Shown here: positions 10,901-25,035 of the stretch, piece by piece
How positions within the stretch are numbered: the first letter of the stretch is position 1
How the letters are laid out: every line of letters begins with the position of its first letter
DNA from: Amphiscolops sp. MND2022
Lineage: Eukaryota
Assembly (NCBI GenBank): GCA_964187785.1
Contig: OZ076409.1
Location: 59,398,001-59,462,000 of the forward strand
Length of the DNA stretch: 64,000 bases
Direction of reading: 5' to 3'
Made by a program: the position numbers and the translations under genes
Notes under the pieces: generated by a model
The model's database searches: none
What the model was told of the DNA's origin: nothing
What the model saw: only the letters and a program-made list of their open reading frames with translations

Positions 10901-13900
10901 ATGCCAGTGTTATTACTGTCTGAGGGGCAGATCTTCAGATGATCATATTGGACCAATTCGTTGAAGTATCCGCTCTGGATGTTCTTTAGGTGGAATCGGA
11001 CGTCACCAGGCTTATCTCGAACTTGTTGACAGGTGAGGCATTGGCCAACGTAACGGCCCACGCTGCGTCGAATACCAGGCCATGTGCGACGTTCTTGAAT
11101 CCGAGCCACCACTTTGGAGATACCTTGATGTCCCATGGCGTCATGCGCGCGGAATAAAATCTCATGCTGGTACAGTTGAGGCATGACGATCATGCACGGA
11201 CGCTCGGGCAGAGGACGTTGGTTGGGAGGGTATCGTACGCAAAGCACACCATTCTTGTTAATAAACAGGAGAGTTTTCTTTTGACGGTAGTAGTTGCGTG
11301 CGAACTCACGCACGTTCTCGGGAAACACGTCATGATCGATGGGTTCGTTTAGCACCAACTTTTTGAGTGCTAGCACATGAACATCACGATTTTGGGCTAG
11401 AATCAAATCTTTGATACCATGCACGGTGTGAGCATGTTCGTGAAGTTCAGTGTTGATGTCTTTAAGAGCCAAAATTGAGTCGCGTACACCCGAGGGAGTA
11501 CCCTGCAGCGCAACAGGATTCGCCCCAGCAATGGCATAGACGGTACGTGAGGGTACATTTACGGCATGCGTCGGTAATAGATAATCTTCGCGTGCTTCAT
11601 CAGTCACATCAATCCAGTCCTCAGGGTAGTCTGGATAGGCATCCTCGTGCGGTTGCAGAGCAAGGGAAGGCGGAGGCGGCAAGGGGGCTGCGAATGCTTT
11701 TGCTAGTCTGTCCCTCCTGCTCGCTCGTTTGGTGCGGCGAAGCACGCGTAGCAATTGGTTGGGAGCCTTAGGCTCCAAGTTCTGCAGGTGCGCAGGTAGC
11801 TCGGGATGATTCGGGATGACTCGACCCTGAAGGTCGAACCATGGGGCAACAGGTAGTTTATCAAATTCGTCAGCTGAAAGAAAATTCCAGCGTTCGCCCG
11901 CAGCTGGCTGCTGTGCAAGCTGTTTCTCGCGGCATCGGTACTCGTTGGTTCGTTTGCTCAAGCCATCGGCGTTTCGATGTTGAGTTCTCGGGCGGTGTTC
12001 CACGCGAAAGTGATACTTCTCCAGGGTCATAATCCATCGGCCGATTAGCGCTTGATCCGTGGAGTAGGTTTTCAACCAGGACAAAGCTTGGTTGTCCACC
12101 CGCAGGGTGAATTTCCGGGGACATAGATAGCTGTGGTTTTTCACTATGAAATAGTAGGCGGCGAACATTTCAAGTTTGGGAGCTCCGTATTTGGCTTGTG
12201 TGGTGGTGAGCTTCTTGCTACCGTAAACTATCGGTCTCAGGCGTCGTTCACCCGGAGGACCTTGCCACTGGTGCAGGATACCAGAAATGGCGACAGCACT
12301 AGCGTCAGTGTCCAACACAAACTCTCCTTCGGAATCAGGCTGCGCGAGCGCAGTTGCCTCGATTAGGGCTTTTTTGATCTCATTGAATGCGGTTTCTTGC
12401 TTAGGACCCCAGGCGAAGGTGGCATTCAGTCCAGTGACGGCGTGCAGGGGTGCAACCAGCTTAGCGTGCCAAGGGATGAATTCGCGATAATAGTTGGCGA
12501 ATCCAAGGAAACTCTGCATCTCCGTCTTGTTACGGGGAATTTCCCAATCGCGCAACTTGACGACGGCTTTCGGGTCGGGCTTCACTCCTTCTGCGGAAAC
12601 CACTCGTCCCAAATACTTGATCTCCGATTTCATGAAATCGCATTTGGCCACGCGCATTTTGAAACCGGCTTCACGGAGGCATTCAAAGACTTCACGTAGG
12701 CGTACCATATGGTCTTCCACAGTCTCTGTGGCAATCACGATATCATCAATGTAGGCCATGACCATGCTGCCCTCACGATTGACAATATTCCTTAGCGCAC
12801 GCGCTATTGACCGCTGAAACGTGGCAGATGCATTGCACATACCAAATGGCATTCGCCGCCACTCAAAAAGTCCTAGTTCACAAGCAAAAGCGGTTTTGTG
12901 GCGATCCGCCTTTCGCACAGGAATTTGCCAAAAGGCTCAAGCAAGGTCTATGCTGGTATAGATCTTCGCCTTGCCTAGCCGTGCCAGGCTTTCATCAATG
13001 CGGGGCAAGGGATAAGCATCCTTAATGGTTACCTCATTTAACGGGCGGAAGTCGCAGCAAAAGCGCAACTCCCCGTTTTTCTTTTTCACCATTACAATGC
13101 CGCTCGCCCAAGGGGACAGCGAGGGCTGTATCATTCCCAGAGCTAAGAGGTTCCGTACCTCCTGATTGGCACGTTCGGCCTTCTCAGGGGACATCCGGCG
13201 AGCACCTTCACGCTGCGGTACAGCCCCTGGTTCCACCTCCACGGTGTGCTTAGCGATAGTGCACCGACCGATGTCCGCTTTGTGTTTCATGAATAGCTCA
13301 TCGAATTCATCGAGGAGGTTACGGAGAGACTCGCAGGCGCTAGCGCCCCATAAATCCTTGACCGCCTTGAGCTGAGATTCCGGCCCAGGAATCGGAGCCA
13401 TTAGCTCTGGGTCCGTTCGCTTGCGAATCTCGCGCTCCGATAGTCCTGCCTCGCTAGGGTCAGTAGAGGACAAAAACTCAAATTCTGAAGAAGAGGTTAA
13501 CTCAGAAGCAGTGGATAGATTCACTTCACTATAAATTTTATGAACAAAATTTGCACGACTGTCGTCGGCGTCAGTTTTCGTGCGGGTTGTAGTGGGAGAG
13601 TCCAAACATTGAGGTACTGCTTGGTATACTACCGTTATGGGTACTACGGTGCCCAGTTGTACACCACACCGCATGCGTTGAGGGTTGCTGGTGAGATTTA
13701 TCAGGCTCACAAAGAGTGTTCCTGTCTCACTGACAGTGGCCACGCTGTCCTCTAAAAAGACGACATTGTGCAACGTAGTGTCAGACAAAGAGGCATTGAG
13801 CGCTACGCTTTGAAAAATCAGCGGCTCTAGTGTGTTGGTGACGAGCTTGGCTCTAGCCACCGCTCGTTCGAAAGGTTGCAGGACCAAGTCACTGTCCAAA

Positions 13901-16900
13901 ACGACTGGAGTAGCTATTGAAGTGTCACCTACCTGTGCGTGAGCATGATGCCACACAGGCTTCACTGGTGCTCGCACCACAATCTTCATAGATGTTAGAT
14001 CCACTAACACCTGGTAGGAGCGAAGAAAGTTCCGGCCAAGTAGGAAGTCTTCCACACCCATTGCGTCATCTACCACCACAAAGTTCGTTTCAAGTTCGTA
14101 TCCTCCCAGCTGGAAATGGATGTGTTCTGCGAGGCCGTAGGTCTTTATTGTCTTCCCGTTGGCTGCGTACAGGTCAACTTGGTAGGGTTTAAGTACCGTT
14201 CCAGTTCGAGCTGCCACTCTGTTGAAGGCGGAAAACGTCAGTATGGAGACGCCCGAGCCAGTGTCCACCAGTCCTCGCAGCGGAATAGGTGCTGCATGAG
14301 GCACCACGAAAGAGACCACGAGCGACGCACGCTCATCTATACGCGCTTCGCCGGTGGGCTCCTGATGATTGATGTTATAGCATTTGAGCTCCTGGGGACC
14401 CAGACAAATGCCAGGGGGAAATACATCCACCACCACACAGGCTTCGAATTTCATAACCACTCCATCCATTGAAGCGCAGACTGGCACTGGGGAATATGTT
14501 GTCAGAGTCGCAGACTCTCCCGGAGCGTACCATTCTTTCGGTCGTGGCAACTCGTTTCGTTTGTAGAGGATAGACAATTCGACCCATAGCTTCGCCAGAG
14601 TTAGCGTCGGCCTACGTATTTGCTCAGCTGCCAGCAACAGGTGAATTGAAATCAGCGTCCGTCCTTGCGGATCGAACGTCGTGGGTTCCAAGCAGGTCTG
14701 AACTTGCTTAGCACCACAAGTGAATGTCATCGGAGTGTGGAACGCAGGCGGTTCCGCTGGATGTAGCATCAACACACGGTCATCTTCCAAAGGTACGGTG
14801 TGCGCGGCGATGCCAGCTGATTCGACCTCAGCCCATCGATTGTAGGCCAACTCGTCATTGGGTTTCGGCGCATGGGAGTGCTCACCACATTGCACTTCCG
14901 CCTGATCGAAAAGTCCACAGCTCGTGCATTGATAGATCCCCGGATGACCTTCAAGGATACCATCGGTCGTGTCTTCCGTGGTCACCTTTACGCCCTCTGG
15001 TTCGGAGGCAGTCATTGGTTTTCGGGCTTGGTCACGATTGGGGCACTCGCGAGCAAAATGTCCGTTTTGCCCACAGTGGAAACAAGCACCTACCGGCGCT
15101 CGGGCGGGCGCTGGGACAGCGGGAGCTGGGACATTTTGGGGTGGCGCCGGAGTTGGCAGGACGCCCTGCGGCATAACCATCTTGTTCGGCGGCAGTGGTG
15201 CGAAAGGATGAGGTCTAGACCTCATGGCTAATCTGGGATCATAGGGTTGTTGAGGTTGGGTGGGTCTAGGACGATTTCGTTGCAATTGACGTGTGGTAAA
15301 TCGCAAGGACTCCACGGTAGGGGGTTCGGTAAGAAAAGTCTCCGAGGCGTATACTATGGCAAGTTCACGCCTCAACACTGGATCTCGCACACCTTCCATG
15401 AAGCGTTGCAAGATTTCATAACGTTTGGTAATGATACTTTCTTGCGGGAATCCTTGGCTCCTGAGACCCTCTAAAGCGTCTAAGTACTGCATCCAGTCCT
15501 CTTTTTCTTGTTGGACGCGGCTTTGGAAGGTCTGCCGCACCTGCATACGATTTCCTCCCGCGCCAAATCGGCTAGATAGCAACTCAAACACCTTCTCGGG
15601 GGTGTCACGTTCAGACTCAGCCTTGTTGATGATGTAGTTGCGAGCCTCACCCTCGAGGTGACCGATAATGCTCCAGGCCCGATCTTCGGCCGAGATCTTG
15701 GCTTGGACTCTTTTCAAGTATCGCTGCATCACTAAGATCCAGCCATCAATAGACCCGTCCTTAGAGCCTCGATACACGCTGGGTTTGGTTTGAGCCAGGT
15801 CACGTCCCGCAAGCAACGGTGCTAGCTCTTTGGACATTGCTTTGGAGATGGCGGCAGTGAACCTCAATTGCTCGGGAGAGATGACTTCAGCCTCTCCTTC
15901 CTTGGGTGCCACTTCATCAGTACCGTCGTCACTGCCATGCGTAGCTCGCACTGAGAGGTTCGTCACGTCTTCTTTCCTGCGAGTGCTACTCGCGCAAGGA
16001 GCGCCCGAGGGCATTCCGTCCTCGGCTGTCCAGTCGGCGGTCAGATACAGGGAGTCCGTTCCAGAAACCATGGTAGGGGCCGTCGCATACGCAGCTCCAT
16101 CAGTCTGGGACCCTAGTGTGGCCTTAGTACAGGATAAATCAACTTCGGTAGAAGTATCTAGATAGATAGGTGACATCGGGTCCACACCTTGGTCTCGGGT
16201 GGCACTTCGAACTACGGAGGATGTTATTTGACTCATCGACGAGGAGTCGTGGGGCCCTCTTACCTGCACCCGTGCAGGTTTACGCTCCACAGCAGCCATG
16301 ATGGGTACAGGATCCTTGGTTCGGGTTTCAGGCGTCGTCGACTTGGAGGTGCTAGGCTTCAATGCGCTCGCCACTTCGGGTTTTGTTGCCTGACCCTGGT
16401 GCGATGATTCCGGAATCTTAATTGAATCCGCGATCGGCACACCTTCAGTGGCACCAGATTGTCGTGGGAGGGACCTTTCGCGCCTCATGATGTTGATAGC
16501 ATTGAGCACAGTGTGCATTTGGTTACTCAAATCATTGATCTGGGTCTCCACACGAAGTTCACGGGCCATCAAGAGGTCATTCATCTCACCCATTCTGTAG
16601 CCTAGTGCATCTACGCGAGCACTCTGCGTGTTCTGCGCGGTTCGCAGTTGATCACTGACCTGCAATCCTTCTCGCATCGTTGTCTGCAACGTTCTCATAT
16701 TTTCTGCGATGGCACGATGTTGGTCATTGCACCCAGCACGAGTGCTAGCCAGCTCAGCTAAGGCACGTTGGGTCTCGGCTTGGGCTTCCAATATTGCGGC
16801 TTTGTACACCGAAGATCGTTGGGACGATGCCACTGAACCTGCCACGCTCCTCTTACGAGGCACCTCAACTTGACGTTCACCTACATTTATCATGGGTGGT

Positions 16901-17214
16901 CGCACTTTCTTGTGTTTGCCATAAGCACAAACTCTAGTGTTACTTCGAGTGACTCCAGACCCTTGCGGTCTCGCACCACTCGTGTTCTCCGAGTAGGTAA
17001 GATCCTCATCCACCGTGATCTGTAGGCGGGAGCTCATCTTTTCCCCTAGGGGTGCGCGAGAGCACCCTTCCTCAGCTGCAAGTTCGTTGGTCACGTTTGA
17101 GTTGGGCCACTCCTCTTCTGCTTCATTGGCTCTTTCACGACAGGTTTCTTCGACCCATTGTTCGGTTCGACGAGAGCTTCCAGATGCAACGGAACCCTCA
17201 GAGGGAGGGACCAT
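7948..17214 (-). pseudogene. Gag-Pol polyprotein (~3088 aa when repaired), interrupted by one nonsense codon in RT
   Basis: ATG at 17214 in a GCCGCCATGG context; CCHC knuckle CFHCGQNGHFAREC (15043-15084); protease LVDTGSG; RT YIDD; RNase H DTDAS; integrase HHCC + D-D-E (YDH, SDN, VER) + GPH. ORFs 12937..17223 and 7948..12918 are in frame, split by TGA at 12937-12939, where the duplicate copy has TGG. Confidence 0.93.
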
Positions 17215-17443
17215 GGCGGCCAATTCCTCCTTGCGTTGTTACTCGATAGTGACTTCGTCAGACATTTCGTCTGAAAAATGCGAACCGTCCATTGTGGATC
17301 CTATGGTCACCCATGACTGCGAACTCATGTCAAGCTTTTCCAGGCCTGGTAGGACCATTACACACGATGCCAATGGCAGAGTAGGTGTCAACGATTCGGA
17401 TGTAGCCTTTATAGAAGTCTCGAAGACGTATAGAAGGTTCTCT

Positions 17444-20400
17444 GTGGCAGCTCGAACTGGAACGGTACTTAAACCCTACCAAGTTGACCTGTACGCAGCC
17501 AACGGGAAGACAATAAAGACCTACGGCCTCGCAGAACACATCCATTTCCAGCTGGGAGGATACGAACTTGAAACGAACTTTGTGGTGGTAGATGACGCAA
17601 TGGGTGTGGAAGACTTCCTACTTGGCCGGAACTTTCTTCGCTCCTACCAGGTGTTAGTGGATCTAACATCTATGAAGATTGTGGTGCGAGCACCAGTGAA
17701 GCCTGTGTGGCATCATGCTCACGCACAGGTAGGTGACACTTCAATAGCTACTCCAGTCGTTTTGGACAGTGACTTGGTCCTGCAACCTTTCGAACGAGCG
17801 GTGGCTAGAGCCAAGCTCGTCACCAACACACTAGAGCCGCTGATTTTTCAAAGCGTAGCGCTCAATGCCTCTTTGTCTGACACTACGTTGCACAATGTCG
17901 TCTTTTTAGAGGACAGCGTGGCCACTGTCAGTGAGACAGGAACACTCTTTGTGAGCCTGATAAATCTCACCAGCAACCCTCAACGCATGCGGTGTGGTGT
18001 ACGACTGGGCACCGTAGTACCCATAACGGTAGTATACCAAGCAGTACCTCAATGTTTGGACTCTCCCACTACAACCCGCACAAAAACTGACGCCGACGAC
18101 AGTCGTGCAAATTTTGTTCATAAAATTTATAGTGAAGTGAATCTATCCACTGCTTCTGAGTTAACCTCTTCTTCAGAATTTGAGTTTTTGTCCTCTACTG
18201 ACCCTAGCGAGGCAGGACTATCGGAGCGCGAGATTCGCAAGCGAACGGACCCAGAGCTAATGGCTCCGATTCCTGGGCCGGAATCTCAGCTCAAGGCGGT
18301 CAAGGATTTAAGGGGCGCTAGCGCCTGCGAGTTTCTCCGTAACCTCCTCGATGAATTCGATGAGCTATTCATGAAACACAAAGCGGACATCGGTCGGTGC
18401 ACTATCGCTAAGCACACCGTGGAGGTGGAACCAGGGGCTGTACCGCATCGTGAAGGTGCTCGCCGGATGTCCCCTGAGAAGGCCGAACGTGCCAATCAGG
18501 AGGTACGGAACCTCTTAGCTCTGGGAATGATACAGCCCTCGCTGTCCCCTTGGGCGAGCGGCATTGTAATGGTGAAAAAGAAAAACGGGGAGTTGCGCTT
18601 TTGCTGCGACTTCCGCCCGTTAAATGAGGTAACCATTAAGGATGCTTATCCCTTGCCCCGCATTGATGAAAGCCTGGCACGGCTAGGCAAGGCGAAGATC
18701 TATACCAGCATAGACCTTGCTTGGGCCTTTTGGCAAATTCCTGTGCGAAAGGCGGATCGCCACAAAACCGCTTTTGCTTGTGAACTAGGACTTTTTGAGT
18801 GGCGGCGAATGCCATTTGGTATGTGCAATGCATCTGCCACGTTTCAGCGGTCAATAGCGCGTGCGCTAAGGAATATTGTCAATCGTGAGGGCAGCATGGT
18901 CATGGCCTACATTGATGATATCGTGATTGCCACAGAGACTGTGGAAGACCATATGGTACGCCTACGTGAAGTCTTTGAATGCCTCCGTGAAGCCGGTTTC
19001 AAAATGCGCGTGGCCAAATGCGATTTCATGAAATCGGAGATCAAGTATTTGGGACGAGTGGTTTCCGCAGAAGGAGTGAAGCCCGACCCGAAAGCCGTCG
19101 TCAAGTTGCGCGATTGGGAAATTCCCCGTAACAAGACGGAGATGCAGAGTTTCCTTGGATTCGCCAACTATTATCGCGAATTCATCCCTTGGCACGCTAA
19201 GCTGGTTGCACCCCTGCACGCCGTCACTGGACTGAATGCCACCTTCGCCTGGGGTCCTAAGCAAGAAACCGCATTCAATGAGATCAAAAAAGCCCTAATC
19301 GAGGCAACTGCGCTCGCGCAGCCTGATTCCGAAGGAGAGTTTGTGTTGGACACTGACGCTAGTGCTGTCGCCATTTCTGGTATCCTGCACCAGTGGCAAG
19401 GTCCTCCGGGTGAACGACGCCTGAGACCGATAGTTTACGGTAGCAAGAAGCTCACCACCACACAAGCCAAATACGGAGCTCCCAAACTTGAAATGTTCGC
19501 CGCCTACTATTTCATAGTGAAAAACCACAGCTATCTATGTCCCCGGAAATTCACCCTGCGGGTGGACAACCAAGCTTTGTCCTGGTTGAAAACCTACTCC
19601 ACGGATCAAGCGCTAATCGGCCGATGGATTATGACCCTGGAGAAGTATCACTTTCGCGTGGAACACCGCCCGAGAACTCAACATCGAAACGCCGATGGCT
19701 TGAGCAAACGAACCAACGAGTACCGATGCCGCGAGAAACAGCTTGCACAGCAGCCAGCTGCGGGCGAACGCTGGAATTTTCTTTCAGCTGACGAATTTGA
19801 TAAACTACCTGTTGCCCCATGGTTCGACCTTCAGGTCGAATCATCCCGAGCTACCTGCGCACCTGCAGAACTTGGAGCCTAAGGCTCCCAACCAATTGCT
19901 ACGCGTGCTTCGCCGCACCAAACGAGCGAGCAGGAGGGACAGACTAGCAAAAGCATTCGCAGCCCCCTTGCCGCCTCCGCCTTCCCTTGCTCTGCAACCG
20001 CACGAGGATGCCTATCCAGACTACCCTGAGGACTGGATTGATGTGACTGATGAAGCACGCGAAGATTATCTATTACCGACGCATGCCGTAAATGTACCCT
20101 CACGTACCGTCTATGCCATTGCTGGAGCGAATCCTGTTGCGCTGCAGGGTACTCCCTCGGGTGTACGCGACTCAATTTTGGCTCTTAAAGACATCAACAC
20201 TGAACTTCACGAACATGCTCACACCGTGCATGGTATCAAAGATTTGATTCTAGCCCAAAATCGTGATGTTCATGTGCTAGCACTCAAAAAGTTGGTGCTA
20301 AACGAACCCATCGATCATGACGTGTTTCCCGAGAACGTGCGTGAGTTCGCACGCAACTACTACCGTCAAAAGAAAACTCTCCTGTTTATTAACAAGAATG

Positions 20401-23400
20401 GTGTGCTTTGCGTACGATACCCTCCCAACCAACGTCCTCTGCACGAGCGTCCGTGCATGATCGTCATGCCTCAACTGTACCAGCATGAGATTTTATTCCG
20501 CGCGCATGACGCCATGGGACATCAAGGTATCTCCAAAGTGGTGGCTCGGATTCAAGAACGTCACACATGGCCTGGTATTCGGCGCAGCGTGGGCCGTTAC
20601 GTTGGCCAATGCCTCACCTGTCAACAAGTTCGAGATAAGCCTGGTGACGTCCGATTCCACCTAAAGAACATCCAGAGCGGATACTTCAACGAATTGGTCC
20701 AATATGATCATCTGAAGATCTGCCCCTCAGACAGTAATAACACTGGCATCTTGGTCATAATTGACCATTTCTCCAAGTTCGCGGAAGCAGTGCCCTGTAG
20801 TCATCACGACTACGACGCTGTGACTACCTCTCGGTTGCTGTTACAAAAGTGGTTCGCCCGTCATGGCACACCCACTAGAATGCAGTCTGACAATGCCCCA
20901 AATTTGACTGCTGAGGTGTCCAACGAATTCCTAAAAGCAGCCCACGTTACCAAAGTAACCTCTACGGCTAGCCATCCGAGAACCCAAGGCTTGGTGGAGC
21001 GTCAAAATCGGACGCTGTTAACCCTACTGCGAGTTTTTTGCTCCCGCCGTATGCGCGACTGGGACCAATGTCTTGATGAGGTCATAGGCGCCTACAACTC
21101 TACGAGGCACGCCACCACTGGCTTCTCACCCTACATGCTGACCCGTGGTGTAGAGAAGGCCATCCCTCTCACGTTCTTGTATCCCGAATTTGCAGCCAAA
21201 TCATTCGAGTCGCATGAGGCGTATGTCGATCATGTATTGGCTCGCCAGCAGGAAATACATGACTTGGTACGGCGTAACACGCACCAAGCCCAATTGCGTC
21301 AAAAGTTGAAGTACGACCGTGCTATACAAGCGCGAGCTTACCAAGTAGGCGAGCTCGTCTGGGTATTTTGCCGCTACGTACCGCAAAAGGGTTCCCCGAA
21401 ATTGATGCGTGCTTGGCGAGGCCCGCACAAGGTTGTACAAGTCTTTCAGGACGGTCGTGTCTATGTGCTAGACACAGGTCAAAAGGTTCATTTTGAGCGT
21501 CTTAAACCGCACCACAGTGGCCCACTTGAACTTGCTACTGCACACACGGACAGTGGTGAGGTGGTGGTCCTTATGGACCCCGAACCTGAACGTTCCGTCG
21601 ACGTAGTTGATGACGACAAGTCTCTATCGTCGTATAAACCCGAACAACTACTTTCAGAAGCGTCCGATGCATCTTTGCCCTCACGTCGACGTCACTGGAT
21701 GGACACTCGACTACGCACGAAACTTCGCGCAGGCGGCTCCCGCCCGCATTATCAGCAATTTGACTATTCCACCTCAGGTACAGACGACGAACTATCCGAT
21801 GCCATGTTGCCGATACCTCCAGTTGACGAGGATCTAGTGGAGCCTGCGGCTCCTCCGACTGCGTTGGATCAGTCGATATCCCCTGCCCGTGTACTACCTC
21901 AACTGTTCTCTGACCATGAGCGCGTGCGCTCACCGTCTCCACAGATATCCTCCTCCGAAAAAGAAACATCGTTACCAGGAACCTCAGCATCCTTGTTGAC
22001 GAATCCCTCGCTAACCAATTTTCTTAGCAACTATCCCATATGGCCGACCGCCCCTCCGATTCCTCTCAAATCTGCCAGCAGCGACAGCAACGTTCAGCCC
22101 GATCTGCCTGAAGCTCCCGAGATTTCGCCAGGAGCGGGGACCGCTCCTTCTTTTAAAAGGGGGAGGGGGAGACCACCCAAGGCACAGAAGAAACGGCTGA
22201 TCCGAGCGAAGGCAAGGACGAGGAAGAAAGAAACACCGAGAAACGCCGAAACCGAAACTGCGATCCAGGCCGAAACGGAAGCTCCCAGAACTGCAGAGAC
22301 GCTAACAGAGGCATCTGCAACTGCTCTTAGGTATCAACTAAGGAGTAAACGGCAGCCGCGCTACAAGTGTGGAACCTGCGGGCTGCGAGATTGTGTCTGC
22401 CTATTAGCTGTGAATGAGAACCGGAGGGTTCCCATTGGAGCCCGGGGAGTTCCTCCGGAAGAGAGAGAAAACTTGGTGTACCGCCTCACGGTGCGGGCCG
22501 AGAAAACCTACTCAGCTGTAGAGCGGTCTGGAGACCACCCTGTGGACACTATCCTGGAGAAGTTGTCACTGCCCGGGGTAGCGAAGGCCCCTTGTCCGAG
22601 GTTTAAGGAGTGGACTAGCGATGGAAAGGGCCTGGAGTTTACCCTGTCCACGGTGTTGCCCCCTGTGCCCAGCAATATTGCGTTTGGGCCATTCAATTTT
22701 GAAAGGGAACCTGTGCAGATGGTCCGATGCATCAATGCCGACTTGTTATGCGACAAGTATGGAGTCCAGGTGGAACCAGGAGGGGTATACAGCCCGGCTC
22801 CTCACTGGTGGCTGCTGGTAACAGCTCCACGAGTGGAGGCGATGGTGGAACCGTTGAATCTGTTATCCTGTCTAGAGAGTCTGAGGACCCTCACCACTGT
22901 GGACTTAATACTTTGCTTCCATATCATAGACTGGTACCGAGGCAAGATGAAGTTCGCGTGGTGGCTGGAATTAATAATCACATGTTTCGCCACCTATCCC
23001 AGAATTCGACTATTAGACGAGTGGACTCACACCTTCGAGATCCCCTTGTTCCCCAAAGCCGCCCTGGGAACTTTAGATGTGTGGGTAAAGGCCGGCAGCG
23101 ACAATCGGGCGATGCCCCGCTCAGTATGGCAAGACCTGGCTGCAGTCCAAGGGCGTACCCCTCACGTGTGTCTGCCCTCCGATAATGGTCCCGGACGAGA
23201 GATTGTTTACCCGGGAGCCCTGTATCCGAATTCAGCCGAACACGTCTCTTACGATGAATCCGATTTCTTGCAGGCTGAGGGCGACATAGTGTTAGCATGC
23301 CCTGCTGACCTAAAGACCAACTCTGCCGCCCTGCGATATGTGCTGCGGGAGTGCGGCATAGAAGATGTATTTGCCTTACGACCTAAAGTGGGCGAGATTC

Positions 23401-23702
23401 TCACGATCCCGCCTGATGTGAACCCCAACCCTAACCAAAGTATTCACCTGTTAATAGTCCGTGCTAACCAGCGCGCACCGCTGCTGACAGATGACTACTT
23501 GCGTTGCATGACGTACTTGATACAGCGCCTGATAGATAAAGGATCCACACGGGTCCACTTACCCATTCTGGACCCCGAGAGACCGGCTTTCTCGTTGGTC
23601 AATCTGTACCATACTCTAACGAACATGTTCGAGGGTACTGGTATTCACGTGGTTTTGCATAGCCGCGTATATGTATCAATATTAACTATAGGGCTGAAGT
23701 AG
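17444..23702 (+). pseudogene. Second pol copy (C-terminal part of protease, RT, RH, IN, C-terminal tail), 5'-truncated and frameshifted
   Basis: ORFs 17015..19882 and 19743..23702 are joined by a frameshift (1-nt plus 10-nt deletion in a TCATCCCGA tandem repeat); gag and the DTG motif are absent. Confidence 0.93.
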
Positions 23703-25029
23703 CCTTATCATTTTAGTTGTCCCCATTTTTCCTTTGCCCTCAGTTCTTGTAACAATTCTTGTAACAACCTTGGAAGAGTCTTGAAATGCTCTCGAGATGT
23801 TAATTTGTCATGTTGTTCACTCAAAGGTTTTGTTCTAGTTCGTTAGTTAGTTAGAGTTAAACTTTAAGTTTGTAGTGGCCCCCTTACGGAGCCGATGTTG
23901 CCTGGCTGCAATTGAAGGACGAACCGACCCACGGCTCGTTCCAGAGAGAACTTGTCCCTGTAAGTCTAACAGTGGTCCTTTTTAGACCTATGCATTAATG
24001 GCCCATTGCCCAAACAATTCAGCGCCTGCAACAGGGTCTAATAGTGCAAGGCCCCAGGAATCTGCGCGAGCGCAGAGGGTCAATCAGGCCCAATATGTCG
24101 AAGAAAGGCTGCGGGACGGTCTTTCGCCAGTAGCCGTAGCTGGGATGGCTGCCCTACTGACCCAGCTTGAATCGATGCAAATGCTGCCAAATGCATCTTT
24201 GTCAATCACTACGGAGGTGGCAGGCTATCGTCGCACCTTGACGTGCACCAACAATGCCTGGGATGGGCACGACCTGACTCACCAGTTCTTGGACGAAAAA
24301 TCAATCGCAGTGCATGGCCCCAGCCAGGGAACCAGATTCGAACAAGAAGCATCACTGCGTATGATGCCCGTCAACGTCCCATCGCTGCCTTCCATTTCGG
24401 CACCAAATCCAGTGCAGACGACGCCGCATTCTAGCTCGATTGCTTATGGGGCACCATATGGAACCCGGGCAACGACGACGCAAAACATTACCAATCAACC
24501 AGCCTCAAGTCGGGAGCCCTCGGGGTCCCAACTGCCATCAGTGCCTAATCTAAATCTGATCGGACGGAATGCCAGCGAGCAAGCGGTGATTGTGGCCCTG
24601 CAGGCTGTCGCCAACTACCCCAACTCCTCTGACTTCGTTCGTGCAGTTGAGCAAAGGATTCCCGGATTGGCACATTACTTGCAAGCCGCAGCTCAGCCCT
24701 CGGGCTGTGTCACCCCACCCACCACCCTAGCCGAAGCTGTGTCTATGGAAGCAGAAACTACGGCTGGACCAAGCACCGGCGCCATAACCTATCCCCGTGA
24801 GGAAACTGGACGGAAGCGACTTACTGAGGAAAACATCGTCGCTACACGCCATGATTCCGTGACCGACAGTCCGACCAGTCGTCCCCCTCCGGACAAGCGA
24901 GCAGATGTACCCCACCAGTCGCAAATGAAAAGTGTAGTGGTCGTGAGGCCTCCATATCGCGTTGGCCACCTAGGCGTAGGCGCGCCTCAAATGTCCCTGG
25001 AAGAGGCCATCAACCGCTACGGCAGTGTG
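17444..25029 (+). repeat. Inverted duplicate of 6621-14217 (pol plus start of ORF3)
   Basis: Near-identical reverse complement; coordinate sums are 31661 left of an 11-nt deletion at ~19835-19840 and 31650 right of it. Confidence 0.97.
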
Positions 25030-25035
25030 TGTTGA
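23998..25035 (+). pseudogene. Truncated second copy of ORF3 (first ~344 aa)
   Basis: Near-identical to the N-terminus of 3372..7652; ends at the junction at 25029/25030. Confidence 0.93.

Noticed and set aside
12937..12939. Programmed stop-codon readthrough between gag and pol
   Set aside because: The stop is inside RT (IDLA*AFWQ) and the duplicate has TGG, so it is a nonsense mutation.
13600..13920. Functional dUTPase between protease and RT
   Set aside because: Only a beta-rich, dUTPase-like relic of a kind seen in many Gypsy elements; catalytic motifs are not recognisable.
17015..19882. 955-aa plus-strand ORF as a distinct gene
   Set aside because: It is a chimera: the first ~140 aa are the antisense of gag, fused at the inversion junction to pol.
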